DNA of 64,000 nt from Octopus sinensis (lineage: Eukaryota), in contig NC_042999.1 in assembly GCF_006345805.1 (NCBI RefSeq), forward strand, positions 26,722,001 through 26,786,000, read 5' to 3'. The stretch's first letter is position 1. Every line of letters starts with the position of its first letter. Of this stretch, positions 11,736-23,115 are shown piece by piece. A program made the translations under genes and the position numbers. The notes beneath the pieces were generated by a model that was not told the DNA's origin, did no database searches, and saw only the letters and a program-made list of their open reading frames with translations.

Positions 11736-12891
11736 GCAAATGTGTGAGTGTGTGTCTGTGTATGTGTGAGTGTGTGTCTGTATGTGTGAGTGTGTATGTT
11801 TTTATACAAACATAGCAACATATATGTGAGTACTAATAAATGCATTTGTGTGTAAATGTGTACATATATGGTTTCCGCTCATATTGGTATATCTAATGCC
11901 GCTTACATCACACACACACTCAAGCGTACACATTATAATAGCGAAACAAATTAATAAGATATTTAATTAAATTTTCATGGAATGATATATAAATCAATCC
12001 GAAAGTAGGTATCACTATGAAAATTACGTTAATTGCTTTAATGAAATATTTTACTGATTGCATTTTATTATCACCAAGGCGGCTCTATCATCTTTGCAAA
12101 TTATAATTCAATCGATAAAATAAACCCTACTTTCCACTCCTTATCTGAAGGAAATTCAAGCATTAAAGACGACTCCTTAGAGTAATTTTACCTTCATTTA
12201 GTAATTCTACATTGTGGAAGGTTTCAATGCAGCGCTCCAGGTAATAGAAACCTTATTGTGCATATGTTAATGATGTCGTCACTACAGTCGACGCAATATC
12301 TCTTTCGATTTATGTTCAATTTGTAACACATTCTCTTTCTAAGCCTCCCTTTATATGCATCTTTTTATTCATATATGTGTCAGCAATAAACCTGACACTT
12401 TCGAACTTCCCAGGCGAATTTTCTGTTCGTTGAATTCTAATACAATATTATATGTTCCTCTTTATTTCATGAAATCAAAGTCCCTTGAGTACAATTCTTT
12501 AACCAAATATCACGTTCGTAATTTTTCAATTTTTGTTTTCTCCCTTTATATTTCCCTTCTTAAGTTTCCAACAACGGTGGAAATAAACATATTCATTGCG
12601 CATGTATATGCTGTGATACTTCAGTGTTTAGAAAATCATTTGCATATATAGACACCTGAAGAGTGATTATTAAAAAAGCAATCATTAGATTCTTGCCATT
12701 AAAATCAAATTCATTCCCTATGCACTGCTGGAGGTAAAAAGTAAAAAAACACAACGTTCAACAGCCGATGAGCCAAACGAAGTGAAGCAAATTCTGGAAA
12801 GTTTTCTCTATATGCCTTTCTGTAAGTATGTATACGTATATACTTAATTAATATACTTAATTATTTTTGTACGGTATATACGTATGTATGA

Positions 12892-12924
<33 letters not shown>

Positions 12925-13081
12925 TGAGTGTATTTTTCCCTTGTTAACAATTAACGCGGAAAAATAAATAAATAGTTACCAGGGTACCAAAGTTCCACAC
13001 AAGTAAAGAAGTTGTAACTCCTTGTTTTTAAAGGTAGAAAATTCGGGTTTATGTGGAATTTTTTGTATAATATATAAATAA

Positions 13082-13211
13082 ATATATGGAGTTTAACACA
13101 GGTATAATTTAATTCAAATACATTTAATCCCGACACATGTTTCGAAGATTTCACTTCTATTATTCCAATGTGTCGGAAGTAAAAGTATTTGAATTATACC
13201 TGCGTTAAACA

Positions 13212-13218
<7 letters not shown>
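13082..13218. repeat. Short foldback containing the 3' half of a hammerhead motif on the minus strand
   Basis: Arms 13082-13138 / 13168-13218; minus strand gaag tgaaat cttc GAAA catgt GTC gggatt, CUGANGA absent. Confidence 0.8.
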
Positions 13219-13263
<45 letters not shown>

Positions 13264-13570
13264 TGCTTGTGTTTGTATGCATATATGCGCACTTGTACAT
13301 ATGTAAACATGTATGCCTAAAAGAAGATACTCACACACGCACATATACACACGCACACACGCACATTTGCGCACACACATACGGTTACGCACACACATGT
13401 GTACGCACACTTACTCACACGCACATACATACACATTTATACAAACATACGTATAGACATTGTAAAGCATGCCTTTGTCTCTATGTGTACTCGAGGTTCG
13501 TTCCAGAATGCTTGTAATATTATGGAAGAGGCCATTGTAATTCTTATAAATTTTAGTATATTTTATTCTT

Positions 13571-13695
13571 TACTACCCACAAGGAGCTAAACACAGGGGG
13601 GGCAAACAAGGACAGATAAACGGATTAAGTCGTTTACATCGATCCCAGTGTGTAACTGGTACTTAATTTATCGACCCCGAAAGGATGAAAGGCAT
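13571..13695 (-). mobile_element. SINE family C, 3' part
   Basis: Matches the cctttcatcctttcggggtcgataaattaagtacc block of the full copy at 36647. Confidence 0.8.
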
Positions 13696-13739
13696 AGGAA
13701 GAGTATCCACTTACCCAACTGCAGAAGTTCATTGGGAGC

Positions 13740-14570
13740 GTGAAATCACGTGTCTTTGAAGTAATTCAGAAAGGTGGTAGCCAAATACAGTATTGTTGAT
13801 GCATTGTATTAGAATACTATTGACATATATCATAATTTCCCTCTTTCGCATCCTTTTTGCAACGTTATCCAAACCTGGCGTATAGTTTTGAACAAGAGGT
13901 TTTCTGGCTCTGTATGTTTCTTTGAATTATAATCTAATTTATTTTTTGGACTTCAATAAATTTGAATATTGCAATGCATTTTTCTATTCCATTTCCTATC
14001 TAAAGGAGAGTTTCATGAATTTGCGAAGTATAGTTTGTCAGAAAAACAAACTGCTCTTGCGTTATAGTTATGATGAGCAGTTTAGTTTGCAGAATGCATT
14101 TCGTGCATGAAGAGTAATTGTGTAGCAGTTGTACAAAGAAAAGTTGGATCTACTATTCTGATGCAAAGACAAAGATACAGAGTGTCCAATAGAAGCAACG
14201 TGGCTCATCCAGACCCAAGAAGACCAGCCAAAATATGTCCACCGAGATGCTCAAAATGATCCCCTTTTTTACAGGTTGATAAATATATTCTCATGGAATC
14301 TGACCAAATGAGATTTACCTTTCAACCGCAAGTCCCTCTTGCGGTTCACTAACTTCTTCGTTCGGTGTTGCACTGTTTGGACCCCACTTGAAAAGAAGCT
14401 TTCACTCTATAGATAAAAATAAGTCATCAACACTTGACATGACGTCATTATCAACGCAGTGCTGGTTCCCAAGCCAGGCGAAACCGCTGCCAGGGTAACA
14501 TATCAAGTTTATCATTCAATGTGCTTTCTGTAAACGGTTGATGGGAGCTACTTTGTAGAACGTGAGATTT
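13740..14570 (+). mobile_element. Heavily decayed Penelope-like RT C-terminal/thumb region
   Basis: RYPNLAYSFEQEVSGSVCFFEL resembles the Penelope RT block (FTxExExNGxLPFLD); later GETAARV resembles GIY-YIG GET.R; many stops. Confidence 0.45.
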
Positions 14571-14649
14571 TTGTACTAATATGTGACTCTCAGCTCTCCC
14601 TCATGTGTTTTTCTCCTTTCGTGAGCTTCGCAACAGCCATACGTCTTTG

Positions 14650-14702
<53 letters not shown>

Positions 14703-15099
14703 GTAAATACTCTATTTGGGATCATTTTAATCACATTGTACCTTAGTTGTGTGATTTGTTTAGGTTCCACGTCCCAAGCCGATATATCTAAACATAAGTT
14801 TGGGAAACAGTTTTTACGAACTTCCTGGTGTAGTCTTTTATATCTTTAATGTGGAATTGCCGCAAATATATGACTGATTGCTTTATGCAGTAAGAATATT
14901 TTACGGTAGTGAATATGTGCATACACAGCACGCAGTTCTTGATTTAGGCCAGATAGCCTGCCCAGCAGATTGCAATGCCAATAGTTCCCGTGGATTTAGA
15001 TAATGCCGTAATGGATTGTCATTGAGTTAGTTAGGCAGATTGAAGACGACAACTCCTGATATATTCTTAGCACATAAACACATCAGTGACAGAAGAATT

Positions 15100-16240
15100 T
15101 CACCGTGCTTCCTAAAGTGTTCTGGGGGCCGTTCTGTGTATCAAATTTTTATTCTTTCCAAAATTCTGACGACTTATTCTTTCAATATTCAATTCCTGTA
15201 CATCACACCTAATAGGATATCTTGGGTAAAACCAAACATCATCTATCGTTTTATTGTAATAATCCCTACCTTACATTACAGAAATCTCAGACAACCTTTT
15301 GTGCTGTTTCTATCAGTTCTCGTTATCATTACTCAATAGAATGCACAGCTAAACTGTGCATTCAATTGCGTTATGGTATCCAGAAATCAAGTTTGGGATA
15401 TGTATATCTGATAATCGATCATAATTTTCATGCCACTTTTACATGAGACAAAATGTATATACATAAAGTTGCCAAGACACATATCTTCTGCAATAAACGT
15501 AGTTCTTAGAAGCGAAAAATGAGAGAAAAGAGAATTATGGTTATATGGTTATAGATAGAAGACCTGTTAGAAAATTGCCAGCCCGATCAGCAGTGCCCTG
15601 GGGCCTGAACAGTATAAATTAGTGGTTTATATACATGCATGCATACATACATATATGTGTGTGTGTATGTGTATTATATATATATATACACCAAAGCCAA
15701 ATAAATCTACTTGATGATCCAACAGATCTACGCAGATACAGTGATGATACCTCTCTCCGGGATTCTCGCAAAACCGGGGACACCTTATAAGACCTCGCTT
15801 GTGCAAGACCCCTCAAGGCTTTGTAACTTTAGTGAATTTTCCACGTGTCTCATGGACAGCCAGTACCTCAGGAACAATGTAGTTTATAGGGGCACTGTCA
15901 CAACCGATAGTAATAGCTTCTACTACATAGGAGAATCTGCTTCCCAATTTAAACAGAGGTTTTATAATCATGTCCACTACTGTGAGATATTTAATAAGAA
16001 TAATTTCACATTGTTGGCAGAGTTGGTCAGGGACTTAAAATTAAAGAAGGTCCCATGCATGACTTCTTGGTATGTGGTGACATCTGCACACCCCTTCACA
16101 AGAGAATGGGGAGAGTGCAGTATTCTACGGTCGAGGCTTTCGAGATATTACAAAATCGGGGTAACATTATTAACAAAAGAAATGAAGTGTTGATACTACG
16201 TCCGCATAAAAACCACAGGACCTTCGCAAACGTCAGATAG
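15100..16240 (+). mobile_element. Penelope-like element remnant with GIY-YIG endonuclease
   Basis: RLCNFSEFSTCLMDSQYLRNNVVYRGTV...YYIGESASQFKQRFYNH...LAELVRDLK...W...EAFEIL...INKRNE; upstream FILSKI and KLP..IS fragments. Confidence 0.82.
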
Positions 16241-16959
16241 TTTAGACCCCTAGCCCACCCAGTAGATAATCCCCCCCCACCACCAACGGCCTCTTTCTAT
16301 AGTTTACATAGCTTCCCTGCGAAGTAACACTGCACCATTCCACGGACATCCACACAGGGACCCATAAAAACATTTTGTCTCCTAACCATCCCGCTCAATT
16401 TTCTAACGTTTAGGACTTATAAAATTTCTATTAAATTCTTCTGTATGTTATATTCCTGTTTCTCTTGTTCTTATTGGTAGTTGCCTTCCAGCCATTCTTT
16501 TCCAGCTTTCAGCCTCTTGAAATAATTATGTTTTGTAAGTTGTTGGTATTTTAATTTATAGTTTTTCGCATTTCATCTGATGCTACATAAGTTTAATTTT
16601 TTTCTCCCCATGTGCATTTCATTATCTAGTTGTTTGCATTTTTATCTCAACATTTAACTTTAGTTTATGTAACGGAATTGATATACTTTTAAATACCATA
16701 CCCCCAACTGCGATTTAATCTACGTTTTATACACCCTCCTCTCACGGAGGTTTAGACATGCAGATATAACACGAGTTTTATGTTTTATATGTTTTTCATT
16801 TTTTTTTATTTCTCACCTGACTCTAAACATTTTTCAAAATAAATTTTCATTTTATATTCTTTCTTATGTCCACATATATTTCTCTGATTCGTTGTTTTTA
16901 TTACAGATTGGAGTCCACTGTATATGTAACCACTACTCCATCTTACCTAGGATGCATGT

Positions 16960-17347
16960 GATGGAAGCACTCCGTCGGTTACGACGACGAGGGTTCCGGT
17001 TGATCCGAATCAACGGAACAGCCTGCTCGTGAAATTAACGTGTAAGTGGCTGAGCACTCCACAGACACGCGTACCCTTAACGTAGTTCTCGGGGATATTC
17101 AGCGTGACACAGAGAGTGACAAGACCGGCCCTTTGAAATACAGGTACAAGAGAAACAGGAAGTAAGAGTGAGAGAAAGTTGTGGTGAAAGAGTACAGCAG
17201 GGATCACCACCATCCCTGCCGGAGCCTCGTGGAGCTTTTAGGTGTTTTCGCTCAATAAACACTCACAACGCCCGGACTGGGAATCGAAACCGCGTTCCTA
17301 TGACCGCGAGTCCGCTGCCCTAACCACTGGGCCATTGCGCCTCTACT
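16960..17347 (-). mobile_element. SINE family B, full length with 13-bp TSD
   Basis: tRNA head ggcgcaatggcccagtggttagggcagcgg...ggtttcgattccc; TSD ctaggatgcatgt at 16947-16959 and 17348-17360. Confidence 0.93.
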
Positions 17348-17862
17348 CTAGGATGCATGTACAGTTCGAGTTATATATACCTCCATACAACCCAGCTGCT
17401 TCTGCTACTCTGTGAACCTTACCTTAACTATTTGTTGTTTCTATAATCTTTTATTTTCACCCTCTTCATAGCCTACACTAGTCTGCCCCATGGTACGTTA
17501 TTTATTTATTTATTTATATAAACGACCGTCTACGTAGATGTGCATATGCGATTTTTATAGAAGTTAGTATATGTGGGTGTCCGTATGTCTATGCATATAT
17601 ATATGGTGTGTGCGTGTGTGAGTATGTGCGTGTGTGAGTATGTGCGTGCATATATACATGTGTGTGCGTATGCAGGGAAGGTAGATATGCATATATAAGT
17701 ATCCATGTATGTGTGTGTACGTATGTTTTGGTATTTGTATATCCCTGTGTATGGGTGTATATGTGTAGGCATGTATACGTGTGTATGTTTATGTGCACAC
17801 ATAGATGGTGTGTATGTATGTATATATATATATACATATAATATATATATTATATATATATA

Positions 17863-17921
<59 letters not shown>

Positions 17922-18659
17922 CTATGTGTGTTTATGTGTATATAGATATATGTGTATCTATGTATAGAGTGTTAGGTGTGATGTACAGAAATTGAATATT
18001 GAAAGAATAAGTCGTCAGAATTTTGGAAAGAAGTCTTTTATTTCTTCCCTATTATTAGTGTCTTCCATTCCTTTCTCGAACTTGCCAAAAAAAATTTTGT
18101 AAATGTACAAACAGCTTGTTCATTTATATAAAATAGATGATTTTTTTGTGTGTGTGGGGGGGTCTTTTGGTTAGAAGAGAACATTGTTTTTGTTTTGGGA
18201 GAGGTTCTATGACAATGGAGATGTATAGAGAGAAATATAGGTAGGCAGATAGGCTGATAGATAGACACATAGGTAGAGGGAGAGAGAAAAGAGGTATCCC
18301 CTTCCTATTCACCATTTATTTATTTATTTATTTATTTATTTAGCCATTTACCATTGTATTGGAATGAGTTTAAGGATGGCGACATTTTCAAAAAAAAAAA
18401 AAAACCCGGTGCGCTTTGATCATCACTGAAAGTCATTTTGCTTCCTTTCTCTCTTCCCCTTTTCCTTCTTTTTTTCCTTTTTCTCCTCTTTGAGTTATAT
18501 TTAGAATAGAAAATGTACTGTCTCCCCTTCCAAACATTCAATTTTGAAGGGAATGTTTTGATGAAATGTAGTTCTGCATGAAAACACATTGATATGACTC
18601 TCCCCAGACACAACAGAACATTAGTATAATATTTGCAGAAAATAAGAAAACAAATAAAT

Positions 18660-18823
18660 AGGAGTGGCTGTGTAGTAAGTAGCATGCTTACCAACCACAT
18701 GGTTCCGGGTTTAGTCCCACTGAGTGGCATGTTGGGCAAGTGTCTTCTACTATAGCCCCGGGCCGACCAATGCCTTGTGAGTGGATTTGGTAGACGGAAA
18801 CTGAAAGAAGCCCGTCGTATATA

Positions 18824-18869
<46 letters not shown>

Positions 18870-19163
18870 TATAATATATATATATATATTATATATATAT
18901 ATGTGTGTGTGTGTGTATGTGTGTGTGTGTGTGTGTGTGTGCGTGCGTGTGTATTTATGTGTTTGTATTTGTCCCCCGACATCGCTTGACAACCGATGCT
19001 GGTGTGATTACGTCCCCGTAGCTTAACGGTTAGGCAAAAAACACCGATATAATAAGTACTAGGCTTGCAAAGAATAAGTCCTGAGGTCGATTTGCTCGAC
19101 TAAAGGCGGTGCTCCAGCATGGCCGCAGTCAAATGACTGAAACAAGTAAAAGAGTAAAAAGAG
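18660..19163 (+). mobile_element. SINE family A, full length with expanded internal microsatellite
   Basis: Same head and tail as the 8808 copy. Confidence 0.92.
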
Positions 19164-19212
19164 TGTAAATAATACAAAATAATAAAGCATATATATACAT
19201 ATATATATATTA

Positions 19213-19545
19213 ATAGTTATCGCTAAGCTAATATGGCAATTCGGGGAAAATAGGACGAATGCTGCCGTTGATTAGCTGCAAGAGACCATTGCCTCTAGCT
19301 AGCTATGTGACACTTTATAACATTTGAACAGAGGAGGTCAGCCGCCTCCCCTTGATGGTCTGGTAACTACAGACTAGTTTTGGGGTATTTGCCCTTTATC
19401 CCTGTTCGAATGTTATAATGGACACAGATTCGTTTATCACATAGCTAGCTAGAGGCGATGTCCTCTCAGAGCTAATCAGTGTCAGCTTTCTTCCTATTTT
19501 CCTGGACTGCCATCTTAGCTTGGCGATAACTATAAATATCCAGTA
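19213..19545. repeat. Foldback copy of an unclassified interspersed repeat
   Basis: Arms 19213-19331 / 19402-19533; a non-inverted copy lies at 21590-21798. Confidence 0.85.
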
Positions 19546-19797
19546 CCTTTAGAGAGACATAGAAATAATAGTATTTTTAATTCTGAAAACCAGAGATGTA
19601 TTCCACTGAATTTAGGTAAATAATACTTCAAACAGACGGTCAGCAGCCACGCCTGCTGATTTCGTCTACGTTGACTTGGTCTGAGATAGCGTTGTTGACT
19701 ACGAGCGGTGAGTGTTGAAATTGGATTTTTGAAACTGTTATTGTTGGAATTCGAGAATTGTTAATTATTATTATATTAGTTTCTTTCTTCCCCATTT

Positions 19798-20900
19798 TTG
19801 GATAAAGATATTGAAGATGGCAGTTGCGCTGCGGTGGCAGGCATTAGCCTGTCAACCGACATGCTGCCACTAAACGAAGTAACGTTGGAAGACAAGAATT
19901 TTAAAAAGTTCATTGAACTGTTTAGAAAGGAAGGGGATTGGCCTCCGGTTGACGCCACCTGTCGAATTTTTGCAACACGCTGAAAAGAAAATGATTGTGT
20001 AACGCACATTGAACACTGAAACCAAAACTTCTGGAAGTAGCAGAAATTGAAGCCATAAAGGAATGTATGCGGGAAAAGAAGTGACCGCCAGAGGAAAGAA
20101 ATAAGGCACAGTGGAGGTGCGTTTCATGAACGAAGAAGAAGCAAAAAGTTACTCCACTGTTCCTTTCAGAACGGCCCAAGTGGGCACTTTTGACAACTTG
20201 CTGCGGAAAACGAGCTGCAAGAGTCAGGATAGGGAGATTTCCCCCGGATATAGACGAGGTATGGCTAGTGGCAGCCATCCTCTATAAATATGAAAAGGAA
20301 TCAAAAGTAATTAAGGTGGAGAAGTCAAATGAGATAAAATAATGGGGTTATGGATTAGAACGCGGGGTCTACATAACCCTACCAGTTTTGCATAAAATAG
20401 TAGAGAAGCTGGTACTTCCCGATGAGACCCGATTGAGAATCATGGTAGAGGGGATGTCTCCTATATGTTATAATTGTAGAAGTAGGGGACACCTACAGGC
20501 AAAGTGTCCTCATAAACAAGGGGTATTAGAGAAAAACCAGGAACAGGTGGAAATGTCAGTGGGGGAGGAAGAAGGCAAACAAGAAAATGACAAGTGCGGA
20601 GTCACCACCAAAAAGTAAAAAAAAAAATAAATAAATAAAGGCGGCGAAAACACCAGAGAAAGAGATAGGGAGTGCAATTCGAACCCCGGAACCCGATCCG
20701 AGAGGAGGTAGGAGTGAAGAAGAGAGTTATGAGAAGTGGAGGGAGAGGGTAAGACAAACAATAACGCACATATGGGATAGAAGAAAACCGACAGGACAAA
20801 ATATAAGAGCGATGGTGATTTATAAGAATAACGTAGAGATTGAAAAAAAGATCGCAAACGTAAAAGAGTTAACAAGAGTAAAATTGGATGAAGATTAATT
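19798..20900 (+). pseudogene. Gag/ORF1-like zinc-knuckle ORF (copy 2), truncated by a MITE
   Basis: LHKIVEKLVLPDETRLRIMVEGMSPICYNCRSRGHLQAKCP (intact CX2CX4HX4C at 20466-20507); C-terminal KNNVEIEKKIANVKELTRVKL matches KNKETERKIMKFKSIIRVKL of copy 1. Confidence 0.78.
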
Positions 20901-20920
20901 TCACAGCGATGAGAAAGCAG

Positions 20921-21304
20921 GGATCTTTTTGGTTAGAACGGCAGTTTTTAACATAATTTCTAGGTAAATAAAAAATTTTAAACTTCGTATACTGGTAGAA
21001 TGTATTTCTATAACATCTTTTTCACTTGGCTTTATTGAGAAAATTCTATAGTTTGTAAGATATTTGTTGTTTTTTCCCTTCAATTTCTGCAATTTCAACC
21101 AATCACTGACGTCCATTGAGGTAAAAAAAACATTCTGTGCCGTACGAATATGTCCTTCGTTTAAGAAACAGATTGGGTTTATTTACATTTGTGAAGAAAA
21201 AAGTTACCCCTAACCCTAACCCTAACTATCCCTAACTAACCCTAACCCTAAAACGGATTGAAATGCAATAGATCGATACTAGGGTCATAATTATGGGTGA
21301 CAAT
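20921..21304 (+). mobile_element. 3'-truncated copy of the telomere-repeat-bearing MITE
   Basis: Left TIR ggatctttttggttagaacggca; (ccctaa)n-like array 21208-21251; aligns with 31686-32115 up to gggtgacaat. Confidence 0.88.
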
Positions 21305-21589
21305 GGGTTCATTGACGAACGTGGTATTTTTCGACGACTTGTTGGAATACGTGCGCGTCATGTAGAATTGTACAAAAAGACTGATGAAATGATTAATTAG
21401 AACAGTAAAATGGAACTGCTTGCTGTGGGGAGCGAGTAAGCCATTGCATTTTTCATTCTTTTATTTATATTAATATTTCATGCGATACGTTCCATGTACC
21501 CAACGTTTTGTGTTGTCTGTCCTATCTTTTTCAGGATTTATGCCTATAATAAAGGGAAATGCTGGGTTTGGCTGCTCGGCATTGATAAG

Positions 21590-21798
21590 GTGCAAATGCC
21601 CTAAGCTAGATTGTAGAATCCAGACCAGCAAGGAGAAACGGCTGACTTCCCCTGTTCGAAGTTTATAATGGACACGAATTCGTATGTCGCATAGCTACCT
21701 AGAGGAGATGGCCTCTTGCAGCTAATGAACGGTAGCATTCGTCCTATTTTCCTGGACTGCCATGTTAGCTTGGTGATAACTATTAATATCCAGTACCG
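21590..21798 (+). repeat. Second copy of the unclassified repeat at 19213
   Basis: cctgttcgaa...tcctattttcctggactgccat.ttagcttgg.gataactat.aatatccagtacc shared. Confidence 0.85.
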
Positions 21799-21851
21799 CT
21801 ACAGCAAGTCTCCTTTACAGAGTCTCAGAAATATATATATATATATATATA

Positions 21852-22981
21852 TCTTTATATATATATAAAACTGAGAATGTGTGTCTGTCTGTCTGTCTGT
21901 TTCCCTAAAACTTGAGAACTACACAACCAATTTCATTCAAATTTTATACATGCCTTACTTAGGGCCCGGGTAGAGTCATCGGCAAAATTTTTTTAACTTT
22001 TTGCCTAGGGCGAACCCACAGCAATATCATATCTTCTCCATTACGATTCCCTAAAACTTGAGAACTACACAATCAATTTCATTCAAATTTTACACATGCC
22101 TTATTAAGGGTCCATGTAGTTTCGTGGGCAAGAAAAAATGCTCAATTTCTTGCCTAGTGCGAGCCCATAGCAATATCATATCTTCTCCACTATTTCAGTA
22201 TTGCGTGTTAAAAGTTAAACAAAAATATTTCTTTATTTTATGTCAGATACTTTCACTTTAACAATAAAAATAATAATAACAATTGAATTATATGTAGTAA
22301 GTAATAATTAAAATCAAACTAAAGTATAATGTAATCGTAACATACAAAAGCAAAAATAGCAGTTGGTATAAAATTGCATCAATGATTTGAACTTGAATAA
22401 GTGGTTTCACATGATAGGGAATAAATAAAAAATAAAATTAGCGTGCAGAAATGGAATAGTCCAGATGGATAATAAAAAATTAAATTAAAGAAAAGACTAT
22501 TGTCTATAAAGTATACAATGTAGATAAAAAGAAGAGCTAACAATTTCAGTCTGCTATATATTTTGAGTATTGTTATCACTAGCGATATCAAGATATAACT
22601 TTGTATTTAACATTTTATGTGTAGATGTGTATATATTATATATATAAAATGATAGGGACAAAAGCCATCTGAATATGGCTAGGAACAGGCAGGGTGGTGG
22701 GGGTGGTACTGTTGCATTTAGCCCCAGGCGAACATCAGTAACACCCCCACCACCCTGCCCTGTCCCTAGCCATATTCAGATGGCTTTAGTCCTTATGTTA
22801 TCGAGCAGTTACTGTCTATATCTCTTTTAGAGAATTATTATTGCTATATATTATATATATATATGATAATATATAATATATATATATATATATATAGATG
22901 TACATGTAATATGTACACATATATAAACACATATATACATGCACTAGCACTATGACCCGGCAACGATGGTCTTAATGCTAG
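21852..22981 (+). mobile_element. Non-autonomous Helitron
   Basis: A|TC start (tctttatatatata), internal about 146-bp tandem duplication, 3' gacccggcaacgatggtc hairpin and CTAG|T at 22978-22982; joining the two ends into one element is inferred. Confidence 0.68.
22654..22793. repeat. GC-rich near-perfect hairpin (about 57-bp arms)
   Basis: aaagccatctgaatatggctagg...cagggtggtgggggtg / cacccccaccaccctg...cctagccatattcagatggcttt. Confidence 0.92.
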
Positions 22982-23035
<54 letters not shown>

Positions 23036-23051
23036 ATATATATATATATAT

Positions 23052-23054
<3 letters not shown>

Positions 23055-23114
<60 letters not shown>
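23055..23114. repeat. (AGAT)n microsatellite following (TA)n
   Basis: Direct reading. Confidence 0.95.

Positions 23115-23115
<1 letters not shown>

Noticed and set aside
12648-12695. CTGAAGA followed by a gtgatt/aatcat stem
   Set aside because: No GAAA or NUH after the stem
17270-17345. tRNA-like sequence (and other A/B-box heads)
   Set aside because: SINE heads continuing into SINE bodies with TSDs, not stand-alone tRNA genes
21208-21251. (CCCTAA)n as a true telomere or fusion scar
   Set aside because: Lies at the same internal position in two copies of a TIR element
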